A stretch of 36,385 bases of DNA from a virus (lineage: Duplodnaviria; Caudoviricetes), in the IMG/VR virus record IMGVR_UViG_3300038379_000145, positions 1 through 36,385 of that record; one strand, 5' to 3'. The notes under the pieces are model-generated. The model had not been told where the DNA came from. It made no database searches and was given only the letters and a program-made list of their open reading frames with translations. Position 1 is the stretch's first letter; every line of letters begins with the position of its first letter. Shown here piece by piece: positions 25,427-34,346 of the stretch. Position numbers and translations under genes: made by a program.

Positions 25427-26452
25427 TTAGATGCGCTTGTCGCGCACCAGGCCCGCAAAGAGCCTGACCGCCGCGTCATCGGAATTGGTCTTTCTCAAAT
25501 CCGCCAATGCGCCGGACGTAAACTGACCGTTCGCGGCCCGGTCGCGTTGCGCGCCGCCGCCTTTGGCCTCCTGCTTACTCCGCACCAGCTTTGGCGCCTT
25601 CGCTTCCACCTTGGCTTTGACGTTCCCGCTCTGCGCCTTCATGGCCCGGTAGGCCAAGGCGTCTCGGGCAACGATCGCTTGCCGGTGGTCAATCAGCACT
25701 GCGTCAAGTTCCTCACGGGTGAACCCGTAAGCCTTGCCCATGTCGCTGACGAATTTCTCAACCGTCTCTGGCTTGGTGAACTCCGGCCAAGCACGGTTCA
25801 ACTTCTCAAGCTCGCGGGCGTCGCGCGCTTCTTCCTGTTGCGCCTGCGCCTCCTGCGCCTGCTGCAAAAGCTGCTGACCCAAGCCCTGCGCCTGCTGGTA
25901 TTGCTGGCTCATCCGCTGGTAGTTCGCAAACGCCCGGTGATAGCCGTCCGGGTCGTATTGCGGGCTTGACGGATTGAGCATTGCATCGGCGTTCGGCGGC
26001 TGAGGCGGCGCCAGCATGCGCAGCGCGGCGTCAACCATGGCCGCCATTTGCCGGCCCGCCTGCTGAACGCGCGTAAAGCCTTCGCGCTGGCGCTCGACCG
26101 CCTCACGCTCGACCTGGGCGACAATCTCGTCCTTCTGCGCCTTGAATTGCTGGTATTCCTGATATTCGGCCACCACGTCCTTGAGCTTCAGCCTGACGGG
26201 CTCCTGGCCCTCCTCGCCTTCAAGCTCGATCTCGTCTTCTTCGGGCGCCTCTTCCTGCTTGGCTTGCTCGGCCTGCTTCGCCTCGGCCTTTGGCTTCTCC
26301 TCACCTTCGACCGCTTCCGCCTCGCGCTGGTCCACATCCTGGCCATTGTCCAGCGTGTTCGGGTCGCGCGCGTCCAGGTCCTGCTCGTCCGAGCCCATGA
26401 CCACAGACATGAGCAGGTTTTCTGTTTCGGCTTCCGTGTTCAACTCAGGCAT
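25427..26452 (-). CDS. Capsid scaffolding protein
   Basis: Acidic N-terminus, Q/A coiled coil, YGFTREELDAVLIDHR and a basic C-terminal helix. Directly before the capsid gene. Confidence 0.85.
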   Translation of the reverse strand: MPELNTEAETENLLMSVVMGSDEQDLDARDPNTLDNGQDVDQREAEAVEGEEKPKAEAKQAEQAKQEEAPEEDEIELEGEEGQEPVRLKLKDVVAEYQEYQQFKAQKDEIVAQVEREAVERQREGFTRVQQAGRQMAAMVDAALRMLAPPQPPNADAMLNPSSPQYDPDGYHRAFANYQRMSQQYQQAQGLGQQLLQQAQEAQAQQEEARDARELEKLNRAWPEFTKPETVEKFVSDMGKAYGFTREELDAVLIDHRQAIVARDALAYRAMKAQSGNVKAKVEAKAPKLVRSKQEAKGGGAQRDRAANGQFTSGALADLRKTNSDDAAVRLFAGLVRDKRI

Positions 26453-26461
26453 CTGTCATCC

Positions 26462-26773
26462 TCAAAAGTACGGCTTCACGCCGCGCTGTAGGCGCTGCAA
26501 TTCCGCCTCAGCCGCGCGCCCATCGCGCGCTAATTCCGTTAGGTAGCGAAGCATCTGGCGATGGCTCTGAATCGCCACGGCCAGATTGCGCCGGCCAGCA
26601 TCGTCATCGAGCGGCAAGCTGGTCATGGCGTTGACCATGTTGGCCTCAGCGTTCGCCATGAACGCCTGCACCTGCTCGCTTTCCAGAAACAGCCGCACCG
26701 CCGCGCCTTCGCTGGCGCGCTCAATCAGCCTGCCCTCGTCGGGCGCAGCAGCCGGCGGCTGAGGCGGACGCAC
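26462..26773 (-). CDS. Small helical protein preceding scaffold (Bbp19-like position)
   Basis: Helical 103 aa ORF in the usual portal-scaffold slot. Confidence 0.65.
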   Translation of the reverse strand: MRPPQPPAAAPDEGRLIERASEGAAVRLFLESEQVQAFMANAEANMVNAMTSLPLDDDAGRRNLAVAIQSHRQMLRYLTELARDGRAAEAELQRLQRGVKPYF

Positions 26774-26826
26774 CGCATCGTTGATGAATGAGCCTATCTC
26801 TTTGCGGACGAAGGCCTTGATCTGGT

Positions 26827-27489
26827 CTAGGCGGCTAACAACAGTAATAGGATTTCCTCCTCTTCATCGTATGCGGGCGTAGGCGCAACAGCCTGCTGCG
26901 GCGCCGGAGCCTTGATCCGAACAACCTTGTTTGCGACCGCCGGTGCGGGCGAAGCGATCTCCGCTTCCCGCGCCGCCACCGGCAGCGAATCCAAAAACTC
27001 TTGCAGCTCCCGGCCGCGCTTGCGGCCGTGGGCGCCGGTCTGCGTAGCGCTTGCGACCGCAGTCTCCGCGCCCACGCCCTCCGACGTGATTGTTGCCGTC
27101 GCACTGATCGGCGCCTCCGATTGAGCGCCCTTGCGGCCTGCCGCTGCGATAGCCGCAACCGCTATCAGCGGGGCGTTTTCGCTCTCACCCTCGCGGCCAA
27201 GCGCCGTTATCGTGGCCGCAGCGCTGAGCGGCGCGGCTTGTTGTGCGCCCTTTCTCCCATTGGCGACGATAGCCGCAACCGCGATCAACGGAGCAGCGCT
27301 TGATCCCGTCTCCGCGCCAGCGCCAACCAGCGCACTCGGATCGCGTAGCCTTATGTCCTTGGCCGACGCCTCGCCCTGGTAGAGGTAGATCGGCGTCGTA
27401 ACGACATCGGCAACCGGCAGGTCGCGAAGGGTTATGTCCTTCGAGCTGCCCGCACCCTGATAAAGGGTGACGTTCTTCTGATTAGCCAT
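26827..27489 (-). CDS. Repeat-containing putative virion protein with DEEEEILLLLLAA C-terminus
   Basis: LYQGxxSxKDIxLRD twice, four 20-aa AP(L/I)xAxAxIxAxGRxG repeats, and an acidic-then-hydrophobic tail. Confidence 0.7.
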   Translation of the reverse strand: MANQKNVTLYQGAGSSKDITLRDLPVADVVTTPIYLYQGEASAKDIRLRDPSALVGAGAETGSSAAPLIAVAAIVANGRKGAQQAAPLSAAATITALGREGESENAPLIAVAAIAAAGRKGAQSEAPISATATITSEGVGAETAVASATQTGAHGRKRGRELQEFLDSLPVAAREAEIASPAPAVANKVVRIKAPAPQQAVAPTPAYDEEEEILLLLLAA

Positions 27490-27564
27490 TGGGCCTGGAC
27501 AGTATCACGTACCGCAATCGGCGCGGTACGTCAGCCCAGGCAACGATTTCAGCGCGCCACTGCA

Positions 27565-28119
27565 TCAGGTTCCGTCCCTATTGGTGGCCGTTAGCGTGTT
27601 GACCGTGGTTCCAGCCGTGTCAGGCGAGCCCGCCCGGTACGCCACGAGATAATGCTGCGTTGGGCTCGCATATTCCGTGCCCAGCTCATAGCGCCCGTTG
27701 CTGTCCGCCGTCGTCTCGCGCACGAATGTATCGGTCGCGGTCAGGAAGCCCTGCACCGTTGCGCCAGACACCGTGCCACCGACGCTATCATAGCACGTGC
27801 CCATGATGAATTTCAGGTTCTGCGAGCCCGCCTCGTGGCTCTCCCATGGGCCATAGCCTTCTGCCCCGGCGCCGATCATGTCTTGGCTAATGATAAGGTT
27901 CGCGGGCGCACCAGGGTCTGTGTAGAAACCGCTGGAGCACGGCCAACGGCCATAGGAATGCGTCCAACCGTGGCGCGCGCGCGCCGAAGGCGCGCGCTCC
28001 TGGCTTTGGTAGCGAGCATCCCATAGCGTTGTGTCTTCCGCTCTCGCGCGCGGCAGCGTCGCCTGCATCGTAGCATAGATCGTGTTCGTGCCCGGAACGG
28101 CTTGGATGCTACCCGGCAC
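27565..28119 (-). CDS. Putative virion decoration protein with Ig-like C-terminal domain
   Basis: GTCYDSVGGTVSGATVQGF...TTADSNGRYEL resembles carboxypeptidase-regulatory-like beta sandwiches. Confidence 0.6.
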   Translation of the reverse strand: MPGSIQAVPGTNTIYATMQATLPRARAEDTTLWDARYQSQERAPSARARHGWTHSYGRWPCSSGFYTDPGAPANLIISQDMIGAGAEGYGPWESHEAGSQNLKFIMGTCYDSVGGTVSGATVQGFLTATDTFVRETTADSNGRYELGTEYASPTQHYLVAYRAGSPDTAGTTVNTLTATNRDGT

Positions 28120-28408
28120 GATCGCGCGCCTGGTGTAGTTCTTCGCGAGCGGCCAGGAGCTTCTTTTCCTCCGGCGTGCCCACTAAGCTCGTATCGTAAG
28201 CGGGGACGATCAGGGTTGAGCGCAGGCCCAGACGCTGCTGATTGTGATAGTTCCGCACCGTGTCGCGCGCCGTGTCCAACAGATGCAGCGCATAGGCCTC
28301 GTCAGTGATCGAGCCGCCCACGCTCATGGCCCCGTTGCGTCGAAGCTTGATCTCCAGGCTAGCGACCACAGTGTCGCCGTACAGGTCGTCTGGGTCGCGA
28401 CTACTCAT
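28109..28408 (-). CDS. Hypothetical protein (99 aa)
   Basis: ATG at 28408 overlaps the end of the upstream ORF. Confidence 0.6.
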   Translation of the reverse strand: MSSRDPDDLYGDTVVASLEIKLRRNGAMSVGGSITDEAYALHLLDTARDTVRNYHNQQRLGLRSTLIVPAYDTSLVGTPEEKKLLAAREELHQARDRAG

Positions 28409-28832
28409 CAACCACCGTATGCACCGCAACCGAGGCCGATGACGCCGCCAAATTCCATTGCAGCAGCGAGGCCGCCGATGCGCCCAGCACAATGCCGCGT
28501 GGGAATGTAAAGATGATGCCCGCGCCAATCGTCGCCGGTAGAAACGCGCGGCGGAAATGCTGCGTCGGCACAGTCGGCGCCACAGACCACGCCACTGCGC
28601 ACCCCGTCAGACCGGCCGGGCGGCCTTCATCCTCTGCTTGCACCAGCACCGGCGAGGTCTGCGTTGGCGTGTTGCCCGAGCGGCCATAGCCATAGGTGCA
28701 CGCGGTCGCCGCGCCATTGATAACGCCCACCTCCATGACAGCGGGCTCGTTCGTAGCCGCCGCTTTCACGTCCCAAGACGCCGCGCCTGAGGTTGTGACC
28801 GTTGACGCAAGCGCCAGTGAGTAGATTGCCAT
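28401..28832 (-). CDS. Putative beta-rich virion structural protein (143 aa)
   Basis: A/T/G/V-rich with GAGIIFTFPRGIVL. Starts shortly after the upstream stop. Confidence 0.65.
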   Translation of the reverse strand: MAIYSLALASTVTTSGAASWDVKAAATNEPAVMEVGVINGAATACTYGYGRSGNTPTQTSPVLVQAEDEGRPAGLTGCAVAWSVAPTVPTQHFRRAFLPATIGAGIIFTFPRGIVLGASAASLLQWNLAASSASVAVHTVVDE

Positions 28833-28841
28833 CCTGTTTCC

Positions 28842-29198
28842 CTAATCGCTCAAGCTCAACGTCGTCCCCGACGCCAGAAGGTCATATGTGCCCTGCCCTG
28901 TGTAGCTCTCGTTCGTCACCGGATCAGAGCCGTGGAAGGTGCCGCCGCTCACCGCATTCCAGTAGCCAACATGCGTGATCGTGGTTGATCCGGGCACGTC
29001 GAATTGAACCGTTGCATTGAGCGCCCGCGCCGCGCCTGATGCGGCGTTGAACGTCACCGCCTTGCGCGCATAGGCTGGCGAGCCGCCCGCGACCTCGTTT
29101 GCGCCAGTAGCGCCGGGATCGGCTGTGTGCAGACTTGCGTACGTCACCGTAAGCGCATCCAGCATGGTGTTTTTCGCCGCCGTGACGAACGAGCCCAC
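28842..29198 (-). CDS. Small virion structural protein (fibre-base type)
   Basis: YASLHTADPGATGANEVAGGSPAYARKAVTF and TITHVGYWNAVSGGTF are typical of a widespread phage fibre-associated family. Confidence 0.7.
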   Translation of the reverse strand: MGSFVTAAKNTMLDALTVTYASLHTADPGATGANEVAGGSPAYARKAVTFNAASGAARALNATVQFDVPGSTTITHVGYWNAVSGGTFHGSDPVTNESYTGQGTYDLLASGTTLSLSD

Positions 29199-31613
29199 CT
29201 ACTCTATCCCCTCAGGCTTCCCGTCTGGGCCGCGCTTGATCGTCTTGGGCTTGCTCATGGCCTGCGCCAGCGCCTCCAAGCCCTTGCCGATGGCCTCGCC
29301 GCTGCGGTCGTGACCGTTCTCCTTCGGCTCTGGCTTCTTTTCCTTGGCCTGCTCCTTGCGAGCCTCCTTGGCGTCCTTGAGCTTTTCGCCCTCAAGCGCC
29401 GCATTGACGGCCCGGTCGGCGGCGGCCTCCTGCTGGCGCACCTCAAGCTCGCGCTCCTTGATCGCCAGTTCGCGCGCTTTCAGCTCAAGCTCAGCCTGGG
29501 CTAGCGCCGCCTCGTTGGCCATGCGCGCCATCTCGCGTTCATGCTCCATCGCCGCCTGCTCGGCCGCCTGCTGAACCTTGGCCAGCTCAAGCGCCGCCGT
29601 GCGCTCGTTGTTCGCCGCGTCCATCTGAACGCGCACCATCTCGTCGCGCTGCTGAGCCGTCGCGACCTGCATGTCCTTCTCGGCCTGCAACACCGTCTGG
29701 CGCTCGGTCGCTTGGACCTTCATCGCCTCGGTCTGCTGCGTGGCCTGAATCTCCATCTGCTTGATTTGCAGATCGGCCTGCGCCTTGGCCGCGTTCGGGT
29801 CGGGCGGCGGCTGGGGAACAAACGGCTGCCCCGTCTGGGGATCGATCGGATCGCCAAAGAACTTGTCCGGCGTCTTGAAGCCAATCAGCCGGAGCTTTTC
29901 CGCCACCAGATTGTGCAGGTGCTGCGGCGTCACAACCGGCGTTCCCGGCCCATACGCCGTGACCCACGCCACCTGATCCTGCTGGATCATTTGCAGCATC
30001 ATAAGCTGCTTCTCGCGGGCGCCCGTGCCTAGGCCCACGCTCACCGTGCAGCGAACGTCCGCTTCCCATGCGCGCGGATCGATGTTGCGCCATTGGCCAG
30101 CGATCTTGACGCTGCGCGCCTCGTTCTGATGCTTGTGAATGAGCCGGTAGAGCTTCATCCCCAGCACTTGCAGGCCTACCGCCAGGTTGCGCGCGATCTC
30201 TTCCTTGCGAACGCTGGCCGCGTTCTGGAGCAGCTCCACACCCTTGGCCGTGTCGTGCAGCAGATCCGGGTCCATGGGCTGCGCCGAGCGGTTGACGCCC
30301 GTGCGGCTCTCTAGAACCCGATCCATCCATTGCATGCCCGTCAGGGCTGGCGCGCTCACGTCCGGCGTAATGAGCGGCTGCAACGCCTCGCCCGCCGCGC
30401 CCTCGCCCTCGATGATAACGCCGGGCCGAACCGTCAGCAGCGCATCAAGCCCGCGCTGGGTGATCATCTTGGTGTTCGCGTAGGTCCTGGGCACAATCGA
30501 GAAGTTGATCGCGTCCAGAAAGCCCCGCGTCAGCACCGTCTTGGTGCGCTGCACCGGGGCCGCCTCATCGGCCAGCGACAGCCCAAAGAATCGGTGCGGA
30601 ATCGGGTTGGGCGTCCAATGGCTATAGATGTGCTCATCAACCTCCTCGCATTCGAGGAGGCAATCGCCCAGCCGATAGCAGCGGATCAGCTCCGCAATGC
30701 CGTCGCCGTCCATGTCATGCCGGATATACTCCCGCATGATCTCGACCTCATCGGCCTCGCCCGCCTGGCCGTCGCGCATCGCGCCCGCGTCCCAGCCCTC
30801 CAGGTCGCGGAAACGCTCAGCCCGGCGCTCGTCGGTGTTGAACCCGCCCGTGTCGCCCTGGTGGGCGTCGATCTCGTCGGCGTACTCAGGCCACTTTTTC
30901 TTGGCCTCGCCCCGCATCATCCGCACGATGTCGCCGGCATAGCGCGCCGATTCCAAGTCAACCGTGCGCGCCGCTATGCGGAAATCCTCAGGCGCAATGC
31001 AGAATACTTCGGGGAAAGCATCCCGCGTGCGCTGCCTGATCTTCAGATCGAAGAACAGCCCGTCAGGGTGCGCCTCGTCTGGCATGTCCTGGCGGACTTC
31101 CTGCTCAACGATCTCGGTGCGGCCGTCGTGGAAGAGCTGCTGCACCTGCATCGAGTTGAGGCCGCTGACCTCCTGCGCCGGGCTGTATTCAGCCTCATGC
31201 CATTCGCAGCCCATCACCCCGACGCGCTGCAACAGCCCGTCGAAGATGAACGCATCAAGCTCGCGCTCGCCCTGGTTGTCACACAAGAACGTGTGGTTAA
31301 CGAGATCGGTGGCTTCCTGGGCGTACTGATCGGCCTCAGCCGTCACGCCCTCAAACTCGAATACCTTGTCGCCCGCCGTGAACGTGCGCCGCAGGTCGGG
31401 GCGAAGCCACTGAATGACCTCATAGACCTCGCGCGTCGTAACCCGTGAGCGGCCCTCAACCTCGTCGCCGTACTCGTCGCCATAGTAGCGGCGCAGCGCA
31501 TCGATCTGGGCTTCCTGAAGCTCGCTCTTGAGGTAGGACGCAGCCCATTGCTCCTCGGCCTTGAGCGCGAGCAGTAGTTCGGACTTCTTATCGTCCGAGC
31601 GGTCGTAGGCCAT
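29199..31613 (-). CDS. Portal protein with long C-terminal coiled-coil barrel (P22-like)
   Basis: ALRRYYG...EVEGRSRV and PIPHRFFGLSLAD, a long Q/A/E helical tail, and position directly after TerL. Confidence 0.92.
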   Translation of the reverse strand: MAYDRSDDKKSELLLALKAEEQWAASYLKSELQEAQIDALRRYYGDEYGDEVEGRSRVTTREVYEVIQWLRPDLRRTFTAGDKVFEFEGVTAEADQYAQEATDLVNHTFLCDNQGERELDAFIFDGLLQRVGVMGCEWHEAEYSPAQEVSGLNSMQVQQLFHDGRTEIVEQEVRQDMPDEAHPDGLFFDLKIRQRTRDAFPEVFCIAPEDFRIAARTVDLESARYAGDIVRMMRGEAKKKWPEYADEIDAHQGDTGGFNTDERRAERFRDLEGWDAGAMRDGQAGEADEVEIMREYIRHDMDGDGIAELIRCYRLGDCLLECEEVDEHIYSHWTPNPIPHRFFGLSLADEAAPVQRTKTVLTRGFLDAINFSIVPRTYANTKMITQRGLDALLTVRPGVIIEGEGAAGEALQPLITPDVSAPALTGMQWMDRVLESRTGVNRSAQPMDPDLLHDTAKGVELLQNAASVRKEEIARNLAVGLQVLGMKLYRLIHKHQNEARSVKIAGQWRNIDPRAWEADVRCTVSVGLGTGAREKQLMMLQMIQQDQVAWVTAYGPGTPVVTPQHLHNLVAEKLRLIGFKTPDKFFGDPIDPQTGQPFVPQPPPDPNAAKAQADLQIKQMEIQATQQTEAMKVQATERQTVLQAEKDMQVATAQQRDEMVRVQMDAANNERTAALELAKVQQAAEQAAMEHEREMARMANEAALAQAELELKARELAIKERELEVRQQEAAADRAVNAALEGEKLKDAKEARKEQAKEKKPEPKENGHDRSGEAIGKGLEALAQAMSKPKTIKRGPDGKPEGIE

Positions 31614-31617
31614 GCGC

Positions 31618-32925
31618 CTAGGCTATCGTCCCGATGGAGGGATAAAGCGGGCGATCGCTGGCCCGGAACTCCGGGGCCTTGTAGTCGATGCACATCAGCC
31701 CGAAGGCGTCCGCGCCGTGGCTTGACCAGTCATGCTCAGGGCCTAGGCCCACGTTCCGCTCCTCGTGTCTCTTCTCGTGATAGTGCCCCAAGGCGCGAAT
31801 GCCGGGGCGCGTCTTGTCTTCGTCGAAGTGAATGCGCGGGAACAGCCGCCTCGCGGCGTCAATCCGCTGCATCGCGGCGCCCGGCCCCTGGTTGCGGACC
31901 ACCCGCGTCTGAAAGCCCGCCGATCTGGCTTGGCTCTCATAGCTCATGCTGACCGGGTTATCCGGGTGAATGCTCGCCCCATCGTGAGGCAGAACGCACA
32001 GACATCCGTCATAGCCGTTGGACCGCAGCCAGTTGAAGTAATAGCCCGGCGCTTGGCCAACGCCCTCGCAATAGTCGATGACATTGATCCGCTCGCCCAC
32101 GAACTGAGCCACCCAGATCGCCGTCGCATCGTTGCGGCCCAAGTCCCAGTAAGCCCGAACCTGGAAGTTCGGATCAAACGTGAGCGGCAGAATCCGCCCC
32201 TGCTCCCGGCACGCCCGCAGATGGTGTGCGAAGTAGGCGCCTTCGACCGCCCGCGCGTATTCCCCGCCCCAGACATGCTCAGCCTTGTCCGGGTCGGTGG
32301 CGTAGTCATGCTCCATCTGAGCGCGCAGCACGCGCGGGAAGCGATCGCCCAAGTCCTCCCAGCCCACGCGCCGCACAATCGACCGGGGCGGCGGGCCGTT
32401 CGGCCCCCTGAACATCTGGTCAACCGGATCGTGCTCGTATTCCGGGTTCCAGGTCCAAATGAACCGGCTGTCCTCCCGGCGCACCGTGGGGATCAGGATC
32501 GTAATGCTCTGCCGGCTGGCCCGGTTGGCCTCCTCAACCCACAGGTCGGTGTAGCCTTCCAGCGACTTGATGCCCGCCGGATTGCGCCACAGCCCCAGGA
32601 ACGTGAACATCGTGTTGTTGCGCAGGCCGTAGATGCGGTCCTGCGTGCTCTCGTAATAGTCCCCAAGCCCCAGCCGCTCGATGCTGTCGTCCAACAGCAG
32701 CTTCACCGACTCGTTGATGTTCTTCTGAATCTCGCGGCAGCCGGCTATACGGCGCTCACCCTCGGCGCCCGCCAGCAGCAGATGCTCGGCCACAGTCCAG
32801 GACTTGCCCCCGCCCCGGCCGCCATAGAACGCATAGTGACGCGCCGGCTCCCACAACAGCCGCCCATAGTCGGGCAGCCATATGTCAGGCTCAGCCCGGC
32901 TTGCCAGAGCCGCCGAAGAAGCCAA
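31618..32925 (-). CDS. terL: Terminase large subunit
   Basis: Walker A YGGRGGGKS, CREIQK, Walker B LWVEEA, TWNP, nuclease YWDLGRNDAT and HDWSSHGADAF. Confidence 0.96.
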   Translation of the reverse strand: MASSAALASRAEPDIWLPDYGRLLWEPARHYAFYGGRGGGKSWTVAEHLLLAGAEGERRIAGCREIQKNINESVKLLLDDSIERLGLGDYYESTQDRIYGLRNNTMFTFLGLWRNPAGIKSLEGYTDLWVEEANRASRQSITILIPTVRREDSRFIWTWNPEYEHDPVDQMFRGPNGPPPRSIVRRVGWEDLGDRFPRVLRAQMEHDYATDPDKAEHVWGGEYARAVEGAYFAHHLRACREQGRILPLTFDPNFQVRAYWDLGRNDATAIWVAQFVGERINVIDYCEGVGQAPGYYFNWLRSNGYDGCLCVLPHDGASIHPDNPVSMSYESQARSAGFQTRVVRNQGPGAAMQRIDAARRLFPRIHFDEDKTRPGIRALGHYHEKRHEERNVGLGPEHDWSSHGADAFGLMCIDYKAPEFRASDRPLYPSIGTIA

Positions 32926-33172
32926 TGGTCAGAGCCTGTTTAATCGCTGGCATGCTGTCATCGCCCGCCACCGGCTGGGTCGCCTTGCCGTAGCCTCGAT
33001 CCAGGATTTCCCGCGCTGCGGCGATTTTGGCCGCATCGCTGTCAGCTTCCCTGAATAGCCGTACAAGCCCTTCGACAACCTCAGGCCCATGAGCCCGCGC
33101 CAGCTCTTTGATGTCCCTGGTGGCCTTGTTAAGCGCACCCTTGGGCCTTCCCTTGCCTCTATTTCCGCTCAT
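32891..33172 (-). CDS. terS: Terminase small subunit
   Basis: GRPKGALNKAT and AAAREILDRGYGKATQ. Overlaps the TerL start. Confidence 0.8.
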   Translation of the reverse strand: MSGNRGKGRPKGALNKATRDIKELARAHGPEVVEGLVRLFREADSDAAKIAAAREILDRGYGKATQPVAGDDSMPAIKQALTIGFFGGSGKPG

Positions 33173-33190
33173 TCCCTATCTGCCCGTATT

Positions 33191-33628
33191 TTAAGGCGCA
33201 TCCCCTGGCTCACGCGCGGCGCGCTCGTACTCTAGGTTACTTTCAGGAACCTGCAACGTGGGCGGGTTGGGGTAGTTCACCCGCTGCGTGGCTGTGTTGA
33301 AGACAACCACCTGCTTCATGACCGCCCAGGTGGCGAAGGCCAGCCCTATGGCGCAGAGCATGCCGGCGACGAGGCCCTGCAGCATGCCGTCCCTGTGGGC
33401 GGCGCGCGAGACGATCTTGGCGGATCGGGACAGCTCGGCCTCCTGGGCCTGCTTCATGCCCTCGATCGCGCCCGCGTGGCGTATGGCCGTTTCCTTGGCC
33501 AAAGCCTCCTGGTCTGCCCGCTCGCGGAGGCGACCCTCTGTGATGCCCTTGGAGACGTAGGCTTTCGCGCTCTTATCGGACAGGCCCTCAGGGACCTCGG
33601 CCACCTTGAAGCGGGTCACGTCACCCAT
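33191..33628 (-). CDS. Single-TM membrane protein (145 aa)
   Basis: GMLQGLVAGMLCAIGLAFATWAVM segment after a helical region. Confidence 0.7.
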   Translation of the reverse strand: MGDVTRFKVAEVPEGLSDKSAKAYVSKGITEGRLRERADQEALAKETAIRHAGAIEGMKQAQEAELSRSAKIVSRAAHRDGMLQGLVAGMLCAIGLAFATWAVMKQVVVFNTATQRVNYPNPPTLQVPESNLEYERAAREPGDAP

Positions 33629-33632
33629 GGGC

Positions 33633-33701
33633 CTACTTCAGCGCCTGCCATGTGAGCCAGCCCGCCACGATCAGCGTTCCGGCCATGATGAGCCAGATCA
33701 T
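33633..33701 (-). CDS. Hydrophobic micro-peptide (22 aa)
   Basis: MIWLIMAGTLIVAGWLTWQALK*. ATGA overlap with the upstream stop. Confidence 0.55.
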   Translation of the reverse strand: MIWLIMAGTLIVAGWLTWQALK

Positions 33702-33775
33702 AGCCAGCCCGCCATTCCGGCCAAGAGCACCAGCATAAGCACCCCGAAGGCTGCGGCGATGATCTTGCCGATCAC
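33698..33775 (-). CDS. Hydrophobic micro-peptide (25 aa)
   Basis: MIGKIIAAAFGVLMLVLLAGMAGWL*. GTGA overlap with the upstream stop. Confidence 0.55.
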   Translation of the reverse strand: MIGKIIAAAFGVLMLVLLAGMAGWL

Positions 33776-33870
33776 AGCAGGAAGCCGCCCAGAAAAGCCG
33801 CGCCCAGCGCGACCACCAGCAGGCCGACCCACTGCGTCGGGGTTATGGGAAGGAAGTCTTTCCAGTTCAT
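33772..33870 (-). CDS. Hydrophobic micro-peptide (32 aa)
   Basis: MNWKDFLPITPTQWVGLLVVALGAAFLGGFLL*. GAGGAGG RBS and ATGA overlap. Confidence 0.65.
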   Translation of the reverse strand: MNWKDFLPITPTQWVGLLVVALGAAFLGGFLL

Positions 33871-34220
33871 CGGGTTGCCTCCTCAAAGGCCTGCGTCACG
33901 CGCTCGGCCCCGTTGGCCAGGGCTTGCGCCTGGAAGTCGGCGGGCTCTGAGAACACGGAATTGAAGGCCTGAGGGCTGTCCGCCAGATCGTCGCCCGTCT
34001 TACGGACAAGGGCGGCGATGTGGTCGGCCAGCGCCTCTCGCTCAGCCTCAAGCTCAAGGCAGATGCACGTCGCCTTTTCGTGCGCCTCAGCGGCGATGTC
34101 CGCAATGCGGAGCTTTGCGGCGTGGTCGGCGGCGCAATCCGCCTCATGGGCGCGCGCGGCCTTGATGGCGCCGCTGAGGTCCTTAGCTCGTTCGACGGCT
34201 TGGGAAAAGGTCAGGTTCAC
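33867..34220 (-). CDS. Ala-rich coiled-coil protein (117 aa)
   Basis: GTG at 34220 overlaps the upstream stop (GTGA). The ORF-track extension to 34586 runs through the structured leader. Confidence 0.7.
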   Translation of the reverse strand: MNLTFSQAVERAKDLSGAIKAARAHEADCAADHAAKLRIADIAAEAHEKATCICLELEAEREALADHIAALVRKTGDDLADSPQAFNSVFSEPADFQAQALANGAERVTQAFEEATR

Positions 34221-34321
34221 TTGGAACGCCCCTGCTTCATGGCCTGCGCGACGCCAGCGATCGGGGCCTTCTTGGCCGCCTTCTTCGCCTTGCGGACGGT
34301 CTTTTTCGCTTTCTTGGCCAT
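34217..34321 (-). CDS. Lys/Ala-rich basic peptide (34 aa), histone-H1-tail-like
   Basis: MAKKAKKTVRKAKKAAKKAPIAGVAQAMKQGRSK*. AGGAG RBS. Confidence 0.7.
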   Translation of the reverse strand: MAKKAKKTVRKAKKAAKKAPIAGVAQAMKQGRSK

Positions 34322-34346
34322 GTGTCGCTCCTGTGGTTAGGGTGGC

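Noticed and set aside
30330-31448. 372-aa ORF on the + strand
   Set aside because: Antisense shadow of the portal gene.
31765-32943. 392-aa ORF on the + strand
   Set aside because: Antisense shadow of terL with no recognisable motifs; expected in high-GC DNA.
33698-33886. 62-aa ORF as listed in the track
   Set aside because: Better explained as two coupled micro-ORFs (33772-33870 and 33698-33775) with an RBS and 4-nt overlaps.
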